This document shows, in pieces, positions 8,225 to 17,900 of a stretch of 32,000 nt of DNA. Location: contig NC_014972.1 of NCBI RefSeq assembly GCF_000186885.1, forward strand, positions 1,350,001-1,382,000, given 5' to 3'. The notes beneath the pieces are model-generated. The model searched no databases and was not told the origin of the DNA. It saw only the letters and a list, made by a program, of their open reading frames with translations. Each line of letters opens with the position of its first letter. Positions within the stretch are counted from its first letter, which is position 1. The position numbers and the translations under genes are program-made. Source of the DNA: Desulfobulbus propionicus DSM 2032 (GTDB taxonomy: Bacteria > Desulfobacterota > Desulfobulbia > Desulfobulbales > Desulfobulbaceae).

Positions 8225-9316
8225 TCACAGGTCGGTGAGGGCCATGAGGAAGGCGACGAGATCATCGACGTTTTGATCGCTCAGGCCCAGGTTGCCGATT
8301 TCCGACGTCATGTTGTCCTTGACGTCCGGCGCGGGCCATTCGCCGGTATCCCGTGTATTCTTGAAGACAACCATTTCCCGCAGGGTGGCGAAATAGCCGT
8401 TGTGGCCATAGGGGGCGGTCAAGGCGATGTTGCGCAGGGTCGGAACCTTGAACTTGCCGCGCTGGCTGTCGGCGTCCGCCTGAAACGTTGCCGGCGCCTC
8501 GGCGGTGGCGAGGAATCCACCCAGGCCGAAATCATCGCCGGGCACGTTATCCTCTGTGTTTTCGGGCAACCCGATATTGGCATAGGTATAGTTGGTGAAC
8601 AGCGGCCCCTTGGCGCCCGCAACCTTATCCATGGAATGGCATTGGCTACATTTGGCCACAAACAGATCCTTGCCTCTCCTTTCCTGGCTGTTCAATTGAT
8701 CGCTGTCGAAACGGGAAGAGAACGCTTGCACCTCTGGTGAGCGTTCGTAGGCGGCGATGGCCTTGGCGATATTATCCCAGGCCACTGCATAGTCGTCCAA
8801 GGAAGTGCCGCCAAAAACTTTGCGAAACAGGCGGGCATAGCTTGAGGCGCGCACCACATCGACCACCGCTTCCAGGCGGGGCATGTTCATCTCCACCGGA
8901 TTGAGCGGCGGCCCCTGGGCCTGCTCGGCCAGCGGATCGGCCAAGTTCTCGCTCAAGCCGGTGGCCCGGCCGTCCCAGAACATGCCGCCGACATATTCAC
9001 CAGCATCATTTTTCTGCAGTTCGGGGCTAAAGCCGGCATAGGCCGACGAGGGGGCGTTGCGCCCGCCCTTGCTGACCCCATCCGCTCCGAGCGAAACCAC
9101 CGTGCTGGCCGGATCACGCATGTTGGTGGGGTCGGCGAACCCGGCGACATGATGATGGCAGGTTTGGCAGGACTGGGTGCGGTTGTAGGAAAAATCCTTG
9201 TCCTGGTACATGATTTTTCCCAACTGTTCCATCTGGGTGAGCCCGGCCGCGAACAAAGGGCCGGCACAGGCTGCCGAAATCAACAACAGGGTACTGCACG
9301 CAAAACGTTTGTTCAT
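8225..9316 (-). CDS. Diheme cytochrome c peroxidase (MauG/CcpA family)
   Basis: Signal peptide; two heme motifs CQTCH and CSQCH; FWDGRA, KVPTLRNIALTAPYGHNG; SD aaggaggg. Confidence 0.93.
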   Translation of the reverse strand: MNKRFACSTLLLISAACAGPLFAAGLTQMEQLGKIMYQDKDFSYNRTQSCQTCHHHVAGFADPTNMRDPASTVVSLGADGVSKGGRNAPSSAYAGFSPELQKNDAGEYVGGMFWDGRATGLSENLADPLAEQAQGPPLNPVEMNMPRLEAVVDVVRASSYARLFRKVFGGTSLDDYAVAWDNIAKAIAAYERSPEVQAFSSRFDSDQLNSQERRGKDLFVAKCSQCHSMDKVAGAKGPLFTNYTYANIGLPENTEDNVPGDDFGLGGFLATAEAPATFQADADSQRGKFKVPTLRNIALTAPYGHNGYFATLREMVVFKNTRDTGEWPAPDVKDNMTSEIGNLGLSDQNVDDLVAFLMALTDL

Positions 9317-9439
9317 GGTTCCCTCCTTGTGTTGGGGTGACTCCGCCTGGACAGATCATGTGGTCAAGGCGGCGACGGCGTTGAGGACTGCGCACGCAGA
9401 CCGGACCCGAGCCGGTTTGCCGGCAACCCTCCAATCAAA

Positions 9440-9466
9440 GAACGTGGCGGTCGGGAAAAGGTTACA
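9440..9466 (-). promoter_or_regulatory. Candidate ECF promoter P2 upstream of the diheme peroxidase
   Basis: Minus strand TGTAAC-CTTTTCCCGACCGCCA(16)-CGTTC, matching P1 at TGTAACCTT and CGTTC with identical spacing; about 125 nt from ATG 9316. Confidence 0.6.
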
Positions 9467-9600
9467 AAAAAAATGCGGGAGACGGTTCCGCGGGGGGAGT
9501 TGCCGCCGGATGTCGTGTGGGGGCAATCGGTCAGCAGGTTCGGAGGGGACAACAGGCAGGCGGCGTCGATCGCGGCGTGGGCGTCAACCATGGGCGGTTG

Positions 9601-10992
9601 TCAGCCGGGGGAGCCGAAGGGCAGGGTGACGGTGAAGGCGGTCCAGGCGGAGGCGGTGCTCTCCACGGCAATGCTGCCGCCGTGCAGTTCGACGATTCGC
9701 TTGACGATGGTCAGTCCCAGACCCGAGCCGCCATGGGTGGTGGAACGCGACTGCTCGCAACGGAAGAACTGATCGAAGACCCGCTGTTGGTCTGCAACGC
9801 CGATCCCCGGGCCGGTGTTGGCCACGACCAGGACGACCTGGCCGCCTTCGGTCCTGGTCTGGCAGCGGATCTCGCCTTCCGGTTGGTTGTAGCGGATGGC
9901 GTTGTCGAAGAGATTGATCAGCATCCGGCGCATCTTTTCCTGGTCGGCGTGGACGCGCAGCTCGCCGTCAAGCCGGCTGGTGAACCGCAGCCGCCGTTCC
10001 TGCAACAGGGGCTGAAACTCGTCGACCACGGCGGCAATCAAGGCGTTGAGGGAAAAGGTCGTGCGTTCGAGCGATTCCGACATCTCCAATCGGGAGAGGT
10101 CGAGCAAGCTTTTCACCAGCTGACTGATACGGGTCAGTGTCCGTTCCTGGGTCAGCAGCCGTTCCTGCATCGGGACTGGCAGCTGGCCGTCTTGCAACAT
10201 TTCTTCCATGGACAGTCGCAGCAGGGTGAGAGGTGTCTTCAGCTCATGGGAGGCATTGGCCACGAACTCCTTCTGGCGAAGAAAGGAATACTGCAGCCGG
10301 TTGAACATGGCGTTGAGCGAAGCGGCCAATTCGTCGATCTCGTCGCGGTTGCCGGCCAGCGGAATGCGCTTTTCCAGGGTGTTTTCCGTGATCTCGGCGC
10401 TCAAGCGGTTGATCTCCTGCACCGGCTGCAAGATCCTGCCGGCCACCTGATAACTGACCACGATCAGGATCAGGGCCGAGGCGAGCAGGGCGGAGCCGAT
10501 CATGACCGCCGATTCGATCGACTCGCCCACCAGGCTCTCCACCGGCCGGGCGACATGCACCCGATACATGACGCCATCCGTTGGCACGGTGAAGACCCGG
10601 TTCCAGAAGGCGGCGGGTTCGTCCTCTTCGTCGCTGTAAAATCGGTTCAGCGGGATGTCGGTGCGGGTCAGGTACCCCTTGCGGCCGCTGTGCAGCGGCA
10701 GATCGATTTCCCGCGCCATCCGCGAGGCAAAGAGCAACCGCCCGTCGGCATCGTACAGCCGCGCCCAGTAGAGATGGGAAAAATGCTCCAGGGCTTCGCC
10801 GCCAATTCGGGCGCCGCTTGCCTGTTCGCGGGCCAGTTCATCGACCAGGGTGTGGGCGCGGATCTCCAACTCCTGGTCAAGAAATTCGTAGGGTGTTTCC
10901 AGGCCCCAGAAAAAAACGATCAAGGACAGCACCACGCTTGAGACCAACCCTGCCAGACTGACCCACAGGGTGATGCGGTTGCGGATCTTCAT
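9601..10992 (-). CDS. Sensor histidine kinase of two-component pair (CpxA/EnvZ-like architecture)
   Basis: TM-periplasmic-TM, HAMP-like segment, H-box FVANASHELKTPLTLLRL, N box NLFDNAIRYN, GGSGLGLTIVKRIV; ATGA overlap with the RR at 10989-10992. Confidence 0.93.
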   Translation of the reverse strand: MKIRNRITLWVSLAGLVSSVVLSLIVFFWGLETPYEFLDQELEIRAHTLVDELAREQASGARIGGEALEHFSHLYWARLYDADGRLLFASRMAREIDLPLHSGRKGYLTRTDIPLNRFYSDEEDEPAAFWNRVFTVPTDGVMYRVHVARPVESLVGESIESAVMIGSALLASALILIVVSYQVAGRILQPVQEINRLSAEITENTLEKRIPLAGNRDEIDELAASLNAMFNRLQYSFLRQKEFVANASHELKTPLTLLRLSMEEMLQDGQLPVPMQERLLTQERTLTRISQLVKSLLDLSRLEMSESLERTTFSLNALIAAVVDEFQPLLQERRLRFTSRLDGELRVHADQEKMRRMLINLFDNAIRYNQPEGEIRCQTRTEGGQVVLVVANTGPGIGVADQQRVFDQFFRCEQSRSTTHGGSGLGLTIVKRIVELHGGSIAVESTASAWTAFTVTLPFGSPG

Positions 10993-11669
10993 GCCTGCTC
11001 GTCCTTGGCCATGTAGCCCACGCCACGAACGGTGACGATGATCCGTCCGCCCTGATCGTTGAGTTTCTTGCGCACATTCTTGATGTGGACGTCGATGTTG
11101 TTGGACATGGTGAACGGATCGAAGGCGTCGCCCCAGACATGCTCGGCCATGGTGAAACGGGAGATGGCCCGGTTGCGGTTGTAAAAGAGAAACTCAAGCA
11201 GGCTGAACTCCTTGGGCGTGAGGCTGACCGGCTGGTTGTCGAGGGTGACGATCCGGGTGTTGGTGTCCAGGCGGATGTTGCCGATGGTCAGCACGGGACT
11301 GATCTGTTCATGGCTGCGCCGCAGCAGGGCTCGAATCCGCGCCAGCAGTTCGGCCATGGAAAAGGGCTTGTGCAGGTAATCGTCGGCCCCCAGATCCAGC
11401 CCCTTGACCCGACTGTCCACCTCGCCCTTGGCGGTCAGCATCAGCACCGGGGTCTTCACCCCCTCCGCACGCAGTTCCCGCAGGACCGTGAATCCGTCTT
11501 TTTCCGGCAGCATGAGGTCAAGCACGATCAGGTCAAAAGGATCGGCAAACACCTTTTCCAGGGCCAGGGCTCCGTCACCGGCCGTGTCCACGGTGTATTG
11601 CTGCTGCCTCAGACTCAGCGCGATCTGCTCGCGCAATTCCGGTTCATCGTCCACGATCAACACCCGCAT
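10989..11669 (-). CDS. OmpR-family response regulator
   Basis: MRVLIVDDEPELREQ..., phospho-Asp LIVLDLMLPEKDG, winged helix LTPKEFSLLEFLFYNRNRAISR...NNIDVHIKNVRKKL...VRGVGY. Confidence 0.95.
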   Translation of the reverse strand: MRVLIVDDEPELREQIALSLRQQQYTVDTAGDGALALEKVFADPFDLIVLDLMLPEKDGFTVLRELRAEGVKTPVLMLTAKGEVDSRVKGLDLGADDYLHKPFSMAELLARIRALLRRSHEQISPVLTIGNIRLDTNTRIVTLDNQPVSLTPKEFSLLEFLFYNRNRAISRFTMAEHVWGDAFDPFTMSNNIDVHIKNVRKKLNDQGGRIIVTVRGVGYMAKDEQA

Positions 11670-11734
11670 GCCCTTCTCCTTGCTGTTCGTTTGTTCTTTT
11701 CCTGCCCTGCCTCTGCGCCGTTATAGCCCGTTGA

Positions 11735-11783
11735 CATGAAGAAACGATGAAGAGCGGCGGTCCCTGTTCATCATTTCTTCATC
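11735..11783. promoter_or_regulatory. Candidate response-regulator operator: two inverted pairs of 11-bp-spaced (G/C)ATGAA half-sites
   Basis: CATGAA-N5-GATGAA at 11735-11751 (+) and GATGAA-N5-GATGAA on the opposite strand at 11767-11783; arms ATGAAGAAACGATGAA and TTCATCATTTCTTCAT match 15/16 as an inverted repeat. Confidence 0.65.
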
Positions 11784-11896
11784 AAGGCTGTGGTAAGCAG
11801 CGGCCATAAAGGAAGCAATGCTTCCAGGAGATGGGAACCCGTCTTTTAGCGGCAGCGGGTGTTCCCGGTATTCACGTTCAGGAGCCAACGAAAGGT

Positions 11897-12559
11897 ATGA
11901 GAAAAAACATGCTTGTTTCACCACAGAACTGCACCACCGAATACGACATCCTTGCATGGGCCATCAAACTGCGGCAACCCGTTTCCCTCGTCGTGATTCT
12001 CCTCTGCGCGGTGATTCTGTTCACCACGCCGCCCTCCTGGCGGGGCAATGCGAGCATCGGGCTGTTGATGGATATGTCGGGGTTGGCGCTCGTCGTCCTG
12101 GCGGCCTTTGGTCGTATCTGGAGCAGCCTCTATATCAGCGGCTACAAGGAAGATCGGGTCGTCGCCGAGGGGCCCTATGCCATTGTCCGCAATCCCCTCT
12201 ATGTCTGCAGTTTTGTCGGGGCGATCGGCCTGGGATTGGCAAGCCGGCATCTCGCCGTCCTGGGGCTTGTCGTCCTTGCCTTTCTGCTCTATTATCCCGT
12301 GGTTGTCCTGGCCGAGGAACGGAATCTGCAGCGGAAATTCGGCCAGGACTACGAAGCGTACAGGCAGCGGGTGCCCCGATTTTGCCCCAAGCGATTCCCG
12401 CTCGTCGAACCGGACGCCTATCCGCTGCGGCCCCGCCATGTGCGCCGTTCGTTGCAGGAGATCCTCTGGTTTTTCTGGTCCTACCTGATCCTCCATTTGG
12501 CCGTGGTGCTGCAATCGGACTCCGTCGTCGCCGCTGCCCGCCATCTCGGCGCTCACTGA
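11897..12559 (+). CDS. Isoprenylcysteine carboxyl methyltransferase (ICMT)/phospholipid methyltransferase-like integral membrane protein
   Basis: MRKNMLVSPQNCTTEYDILAWAIKLRQP...; GPYAIVRNPLYVCSFVGAIGLGLASR and YYPVVVLAEERNLQRKFGQDYEAYRQRVPRF; multiple TM helices. Confidence 0.85.
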   Translation: MRKNMLVSPQNCTTEYDILAWAIKLRQPVSLVVILLCAVILFTTPPSWRGNASIGLLMDMSGLALVVLAAFGRIWSSLYISGYKEDRVVAEGPYAIVRNPLYVCSFVGAIGLGLASRHLAVLGLVVLAFLLYYPVVVLAEERNLQRKFGQDYEAYRQRVPRFCPKRFPLVEPDAYPLRPRHVRRSLQEILWFFWSYLILHLAVVLQSDSVVAAARHLGAH

Positions 12560-12687
12560 TGGATGGCGAGGCGCTGGCGGAGGGGGAAACGCACCATGAA
12601 GCGAGCGACACGGGTGGGCAAGCTTCCACCCACCCGGAGACTCCCTGTCACGAGACGTCTGCCCGCCCATATCCCGCAACCTGCCCG

Positions 12688-14601
12688 CTACCTGCCCGCC
12701 GGCGGCGCGGTGTCGAGGTTTTCGGTGATGCGCATGCCCTGCGCCTTGAAGGCGGCAAGGTAGTCGGCGATACGCTGCCGGGCCAGGCCCAGGTCAGTGT
12801 TGTTGAGATTGATGTTGAGCAGGTCGATGAACCAGGGCAGCTTGACCGGATCGAGCACATAGGCCTCGACAATGGCCCGGGCGATCGGCAGGGTGGTGGT
12901 CTTCGATTTTTCGTGGACATCGCGGTGACCGGCGGCGAGCAGCTTGGCGTACTCCTCGTCGAGCAGGCGCAGGAAGACCTCGGCACTGAACAGATCACCG
13001 GCCTTGAGCCCCGTTTCGGGATCGTCCTCGGTGAGGGAGGCGCCCTTGTGGATCCACTCCCACAGGATGCTGACCCGGATCTCGCCGGTGGCCATGTCCT
13101 CCATCAGGTACAGGATGTCGTCGTTGCCGAAAAAGTCCGCCGGTTTCAGGGCCGCGGCCTGCATGCCCTGGCCAAAGGCGTTGCCGTACTGCAGGGCCAC
13201 GCTGAGCAGGTTGCGGGCGCCGCGCACGGTGCGCGGGGCCGGTTCGAGCAGGGTCAGGTTGGCCGCGTCCTCCTCGGTGTAGCCGAGCGGCGGGAAGCTC
13301 CGGCCCAGCTGGTTGTCTTCGCCCGCCGCTTCCCACACCGGGCGGACGATGTGCACCATCTTCCAATGGGCGACCCACTTGCCGCTCGCCCCGGCCTGCT
13401 GTTCGCGCACCGCGCCGGCCCGGGCCTTGTCCATGCTGCTGGCCACGCCCTGCTGCGAGCCGACCGGAATGTTGGGCTCCATGCCCCCCTGCCACAGGGC
13501 GCAGTTGCCGTTGGTGTCCGGGGTGTTGACCGCCCGCCGCACCCGATCCTCGTAGTGGCGCATGTAGCCGTAGGTCATGAGGATCGATTCGATGTTGGGA
13601 TTGACGAAGCCCGGGTCCCAGCAGTTGGCGTCGCACACGCTGTTGATGTAGTCCCAGCGGCCGGTGTTGTAGCCGACAAAGTGGCGGCCAAGGGCCGCCC
13701 GGATCTCCATCAGCTGGAAGGTGGCCTCCAGCTGCTCCACCAGCACGTAGGTTTTGATGGTCCCCTCGGCAAGGCCAAGATGCCCTTCGAGCGCGCTCAA
13801 GAGGTGGTTCCAGAATCCGGCCTCCTCGGCGGTCTGGATCTTGGGCAGGTAGAGGACAAGGGAAGCGCCGCGTTGTTGCAGGGCGCGGTAATTGTTGACC
13901 ACGTACAGAGTCAGGTCGACAATGGAGGCCGAGAATGAGCGGCCGTCGACCCGGAGGTGACGGTCGTCGAGATGGAGGCCGCGGGCACGGAAGATGACCG
14001 TGGTGCGATCGAGCTGGGTCCGCCAGTCGGCGATGATCTCGCGGCCGAGAAAGCCCCGCGCCCAGGTATTCATCTCGCCGGCCACCTGTTCGGCCACCTC
14101 CAGAAAGAGCGGGTCACGGGCAAGGGCCCGCTTGAGACTGCGCTGGTTGTCGAGCGACATGGCGGTGATCTGACCCAGGGCATCCTCGCCGTCGAACATC
14201 CAGCCGTCGGCCCCGGAGAGCAGGGCATAGGCGACGTTGCGCAGGCTCGACTCGATGGGGGCATTGGGTTTGGCGGCCGGGCCGGTGCCCTGGATCCATT
14301 GCCGCCGCAGATCGAGCGGGATCTCCGCGCCGATGAAGTTCCCCTCCCGGGCGTCGCCCACCCGGATCGTGGTGCCTGGAATCAGGGCTTCGGGATCAAG
14401 AAAGGCGAGGGGCCGTCGCTCCCGAATGCGGGCCGCCCGCCGCCGCATCCGTTCGTCCATCAACCGTTTCTGCTTATCGCCAAGTCTGGCCATGAAGCCG
14501 AGCGCCGCCAGGGCCTCGGGAGTGTAGATGTCGGCATACTCGGTGGCCAGTTGGTCTCTGATCTGCACATTCGGGTGAGTGGTGAGTGTCGTTGTGCGCA
14601 T
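12688..14601 (-). CDS. aceB: Malate synthase
   Basis: GLHLDDRH, FVGYNTGRWDYINSVCD, YGYMRHYEDRV, QGGMEPNIP, VWEAAGEDNQLGR. Likely start MRTTTLTTHPNVQ at 14601 (SD cgggaggatc). Confidence 0.85.
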   Translation of the reverse strand: MRTTTLTTHPNVQIRDQLATEYADIYTPEALAALGFMARLGDKQKRLMDERMRRRAARIRERRPLAFLDPEALIPGTTIRVGDAREGNFIGAEIPLDLRRQWIQGTGPAAKPNAPIESSLRNVAYALLSGADGWMFDGEDALGQITAMSLDNQRSLKRALARDPLFLEVAEQVAGEMNTWARGFLGREIIADWRTQLDRTTVIFRARGLHLDDRHLRVDGRSFSASIVDLTLYVVNNYRALQQRGASLVLYLPKIQTAEEAGFWNHLLSALEGHLGLAEGTIKTYVLVEQLEATFQLMEIRAALGRHFVGYNTGRWDYINSVCDANCWDPGFVNPNIESILMTYGYMRHYEDRVRRAVNTPDTNGNCALWQGGMEPNIPVGSQQGVASSMDKARAGAVREQQAGASGKWVAHWKMVHIVRPVWEAAGEDNQLGRSFPPLGYTEEDAANLTLLEPAPRTVRGARNLLSVALQYGNAFGQGMQAAALKPADFFGNDDILYLMEDMATGEIRVSILWEWIHKGASLTEDDPETGLKAGDLFSAEVFLRLLDEEYAKLLAAGHRDVHEKSKTTTLPIARAIVEAYVLDPVKLPWFIDLLNINLNNTDLGLARQRIADYLAAFKAQGMRITENLDTAPPAGR

Positions 14602-14955
14602 GGAAGTGATCCTCCCGACGAGGTGGTGTGTGTTACTCTGTGGTGCCGGTGTGGCAGTGGCCGCAGCCCGTGGCCAACAAGAAATTGCACGCTCGATTCT
14701 TTTGGTTCGGCCTCCATGGGGTCGTCGCGCCATGCGGGCTGAACACCATTACTCGACACCAAAATGGGGTCGGCCGCAACAGCAAATCATTCGATTGCCG
14801 CAACCGGATCGGCGGATCGACGTCAAGGCCCGGCGTGGCCATTCAGTCGTGTGGCCCCCCGGGAGAAGGAGACGAAGGCTTCACGAGGGCGAAAGGCCTG
14901 GATGAGATCGTTGCGGTGTTGTATAAAAGGGGCTCTCCCCGCTGGCGCGCAATGA

Positions 14956-17900
14956 TTGGTCGACACCATGGAACATGCAGCTGAATTTGCCTTGCTCAGG
15001 GCCCGAATCGCCGAACTGGAGGCCGCCTGTGCCGATCTTGAGGCGCGGTGCGCACAGTTTGACCAGTATCCCTACGGCCCGTTGGCCTGTCAATCCCTGG
15101 ACGCGGCAGGTCGCCTGGCCGACGTCAACCAGGCGTGGCTGGACAGCCTCGGCTATACCAGGGAAGAGGTCATCGGCCGCGCCTTCACCGATTTTCTCCC
15201 TCCCGACCAGCGGCAGTGTTTTGGGGGAATGATGTCCCGCATCGAGGCGCTGGACGAGATCCTCGGCGCCGAGTTGGCGATGGCGGCCAGGGACGGTTCC
15301 ACCCTGTGGGGCGCTTGCAACATTCGGGCCGAACGGGACGCGCAAGGCCGGCTGCTCAAGACCCGCTGGGTGTTCATCGATATCACCGCCCGCCTGTTGG
15401 CCGAGAACGAACGGCGGGAAAACGAGATGCACCTCAAGGCCATTCTCAACGCCTCCACGGAAACCATTCAGCTGCTCGATACCGAGGGGCGGACCATCAT
15501 CGCCAACGAGGCCTCGGCCAAACGGTTGCACGTCTCGGTTGACGACTTGATTGGCCGGCCGGTGTTCGATTTCTTTCCGCCGGCGGTCGCCGAGCAGCGA
15601 AGGGAATGTTGCCGGCAGGTGGTGGCCACCGGTCAACCCCTTACCGTTCAGGATGAGCGCGACGGGATTGCTTTCGAGGCGTACCTGTATCCGGTTGCCG
15701 ATGAACAAGGCGTTGTCCGGCGCATCGCCTTGTTTTCCATGGACATTACCCGGCGCAAGGCCATGGAGCGGCAGCTGGCGGAAAGCCATGCCCTGCTCGC
15801 CAATCTCGCCAACCAGGTGCCCGGGGTGGTCTACCAATACCGGCTGTATCCGGATGGGCGTTCGTGTTTTCCCTATGCCAGTCCAGGGATATGGAATATT
15901 TACGAGGTGACGCCGGAGCAGGTCCGGGAAGATGCCGCGCCGGTGTTCGACCGGCTCCACCCCGCCGACCACGACCGGGTTGCCGAGGCCATTCTCGCCT
16001 CGGCGCGCACCCTGGAAACCTTTTTCTGCGAATTCAAGGTCATCCTGCCCCGGCAAGGACTGCGCTGGTATTGGTCCCAGGCGCAGCCGCAGCGACTGGA
16101 AGATGGCGGCACCCTGTGGCACGGCATCATTTCCGACATCACCGCCCGCAAGCAGGCCGAGGAAACCCTGCGGGCACGGGAACACTACCTGCACACCATC
16201 CTCCAAACCTCGGTGGAAGGGTTTTGGGTGCTTGACACGCAGGGAAGGGTGGTCGAAGTCAACAACGCCTATCTGGCCATGACGGGATACAGCCGGCGGG
16301 AAATCCTCCGGCTGTCCATCAGCGACCTCGACGCCATCGAGTCGCCGGACCAGATCGCCGTCCGGATCCAACGGATCATCGCCAATGGTTCGGAACTGTT
16401 TGAAAGCCGGCATCGCCGCAAGGACGGCAGCCTCTTCCCGGTCGAGGTGTCGGTCACCTGGCTGGACGAGGAAGGGGGGCGCATGGTCTGTTTTTGCCGC
16501 GACCTGAGCGAGCGCAAACGGGCCGAGGAGGCGCTGCGCCATTCGCACGAGTTGATGCGCCACCTCATCGAGCACACCAACAGCGGCGTGGCCGTGCATG
16601 ATCGAAACCTGCGCTATGTGTACGTCAGTCAGCGCTATCTCGAAATGTACGGGCTCAAGGGGCGTGATGTGATTGGCCAGCATCATTACGACATCTTTCC
16701 CGACCTGCCCGAGAAATGGCGCGACGTCCATCGGCAGGTCCTGACCGGCAAGACAATGAGCGCCAAGCGTGATCCCTACGTTCGAGCCGATGGGACGATG
16801 GAGTGGACCCGGTGGGAGTGCCGGCCCTGGTACGAGTCCCCGGGAACGATCGGCGGCCTCATCGTCTACACCGAGGTGATCACCGAGCAGGTGCTGGCCG
16901 AAGAGGCCCTGCGCAAGAGCGAGGAATTCCAGAGGGCGCTCATTGACGCCTCGCCGCTGGCGATCATCAGTCTTGATCCCGAGGGGCAGGTGCTCAGCTG
17001 GAACCGCGCCGCCGAACGCATTTTTGGCTGGTCGGAGAAGGAAGCGCTCGGCCAATTTTTGCTGATCGGCAACAGCGAGCAGGCCGAAACATTGGCCGCT
17101 CTGCGTACCCGAATCCTGGCCGGCGAGACGCTTTCCCGCCTCGAACTGCACCTGTGCCACAAGGACGGCAGTCCGATCGTGGTCAGCCTGTCGACCGCGC
17201 CCATCCGCAATCCCGACGGCGAATTGATCGCCATCATGTCCGTCCTGGAGGACATCAGTGAACGCAAGCGGGCGGAAGAGGAAAAGAAACTCCTTGCCGT
17301 CCAGTTGCAGCAGGCGCAGAAGATGGAGGCCATCGGCACCCTGGCCGGCGGTATTGCCCACGATTTCAACAATCTCCTTGGGGTGATCATCGGCTATGGC
17401 GAGATTGCCAAGGAAGCGCTTCCCGACCACTCGACCACCGCCAGGGATCTGGAGAAGATCCTGGAAGCCGGGGAGCGGGCGGCCGATCTGGTCAAACAGA
17501 TCCTGGCTTTCGGCCGTCGGGCCAATGTCGAAAAAATTCCCCTGGAGCCGGTCCATCTGGTCAAAGAGGCCGTCAAGCTGCTGCGCGCGACCCTGCCCTC
17601 GACAATCACCATCCGGCAGCAGCTCAGCGCCAGGACCGGTACCATCCTCGCCGACCCGACCCAGATTCACCAGATCGTGATGAATCTCTGCACCAACGCC
17701 TTTCACGCCATGGAACAAACCGGCGGGGTCCTGGACATCACGCTCGCGGAATGCGAGCGCGATGTCCAGGACCTCCTGTATCATCCCCAGGTGCGACCCG
17801 GCAAATTCGTGGTGCTCACGGTAGCGGATACCGGTCCCGGTATCCCCCCGGAGATACGGGACAAGATTTTCGAGCCCTATTTCACCACCAAGGGGGTGGG

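Noticed and set aside
9517-10941. 474 aa plus-strand ORF
   Set aside because: Antisense to the TCS kinase; no recognisable domain.
11818-13938. 706 aa plus-strand ORF
   Set aside because: Out of frame over the ICMT-like gene and antisense to malate synthase; no domain features.
14602-14955. Small ORFs (one ending CGHCHTGTTE*) between malate synthase and the hybrid kinase
   Set aside because: The CxxCH occurs at the extreme C-terminus of an ORF without signal peptide or plausible start; likely chance.
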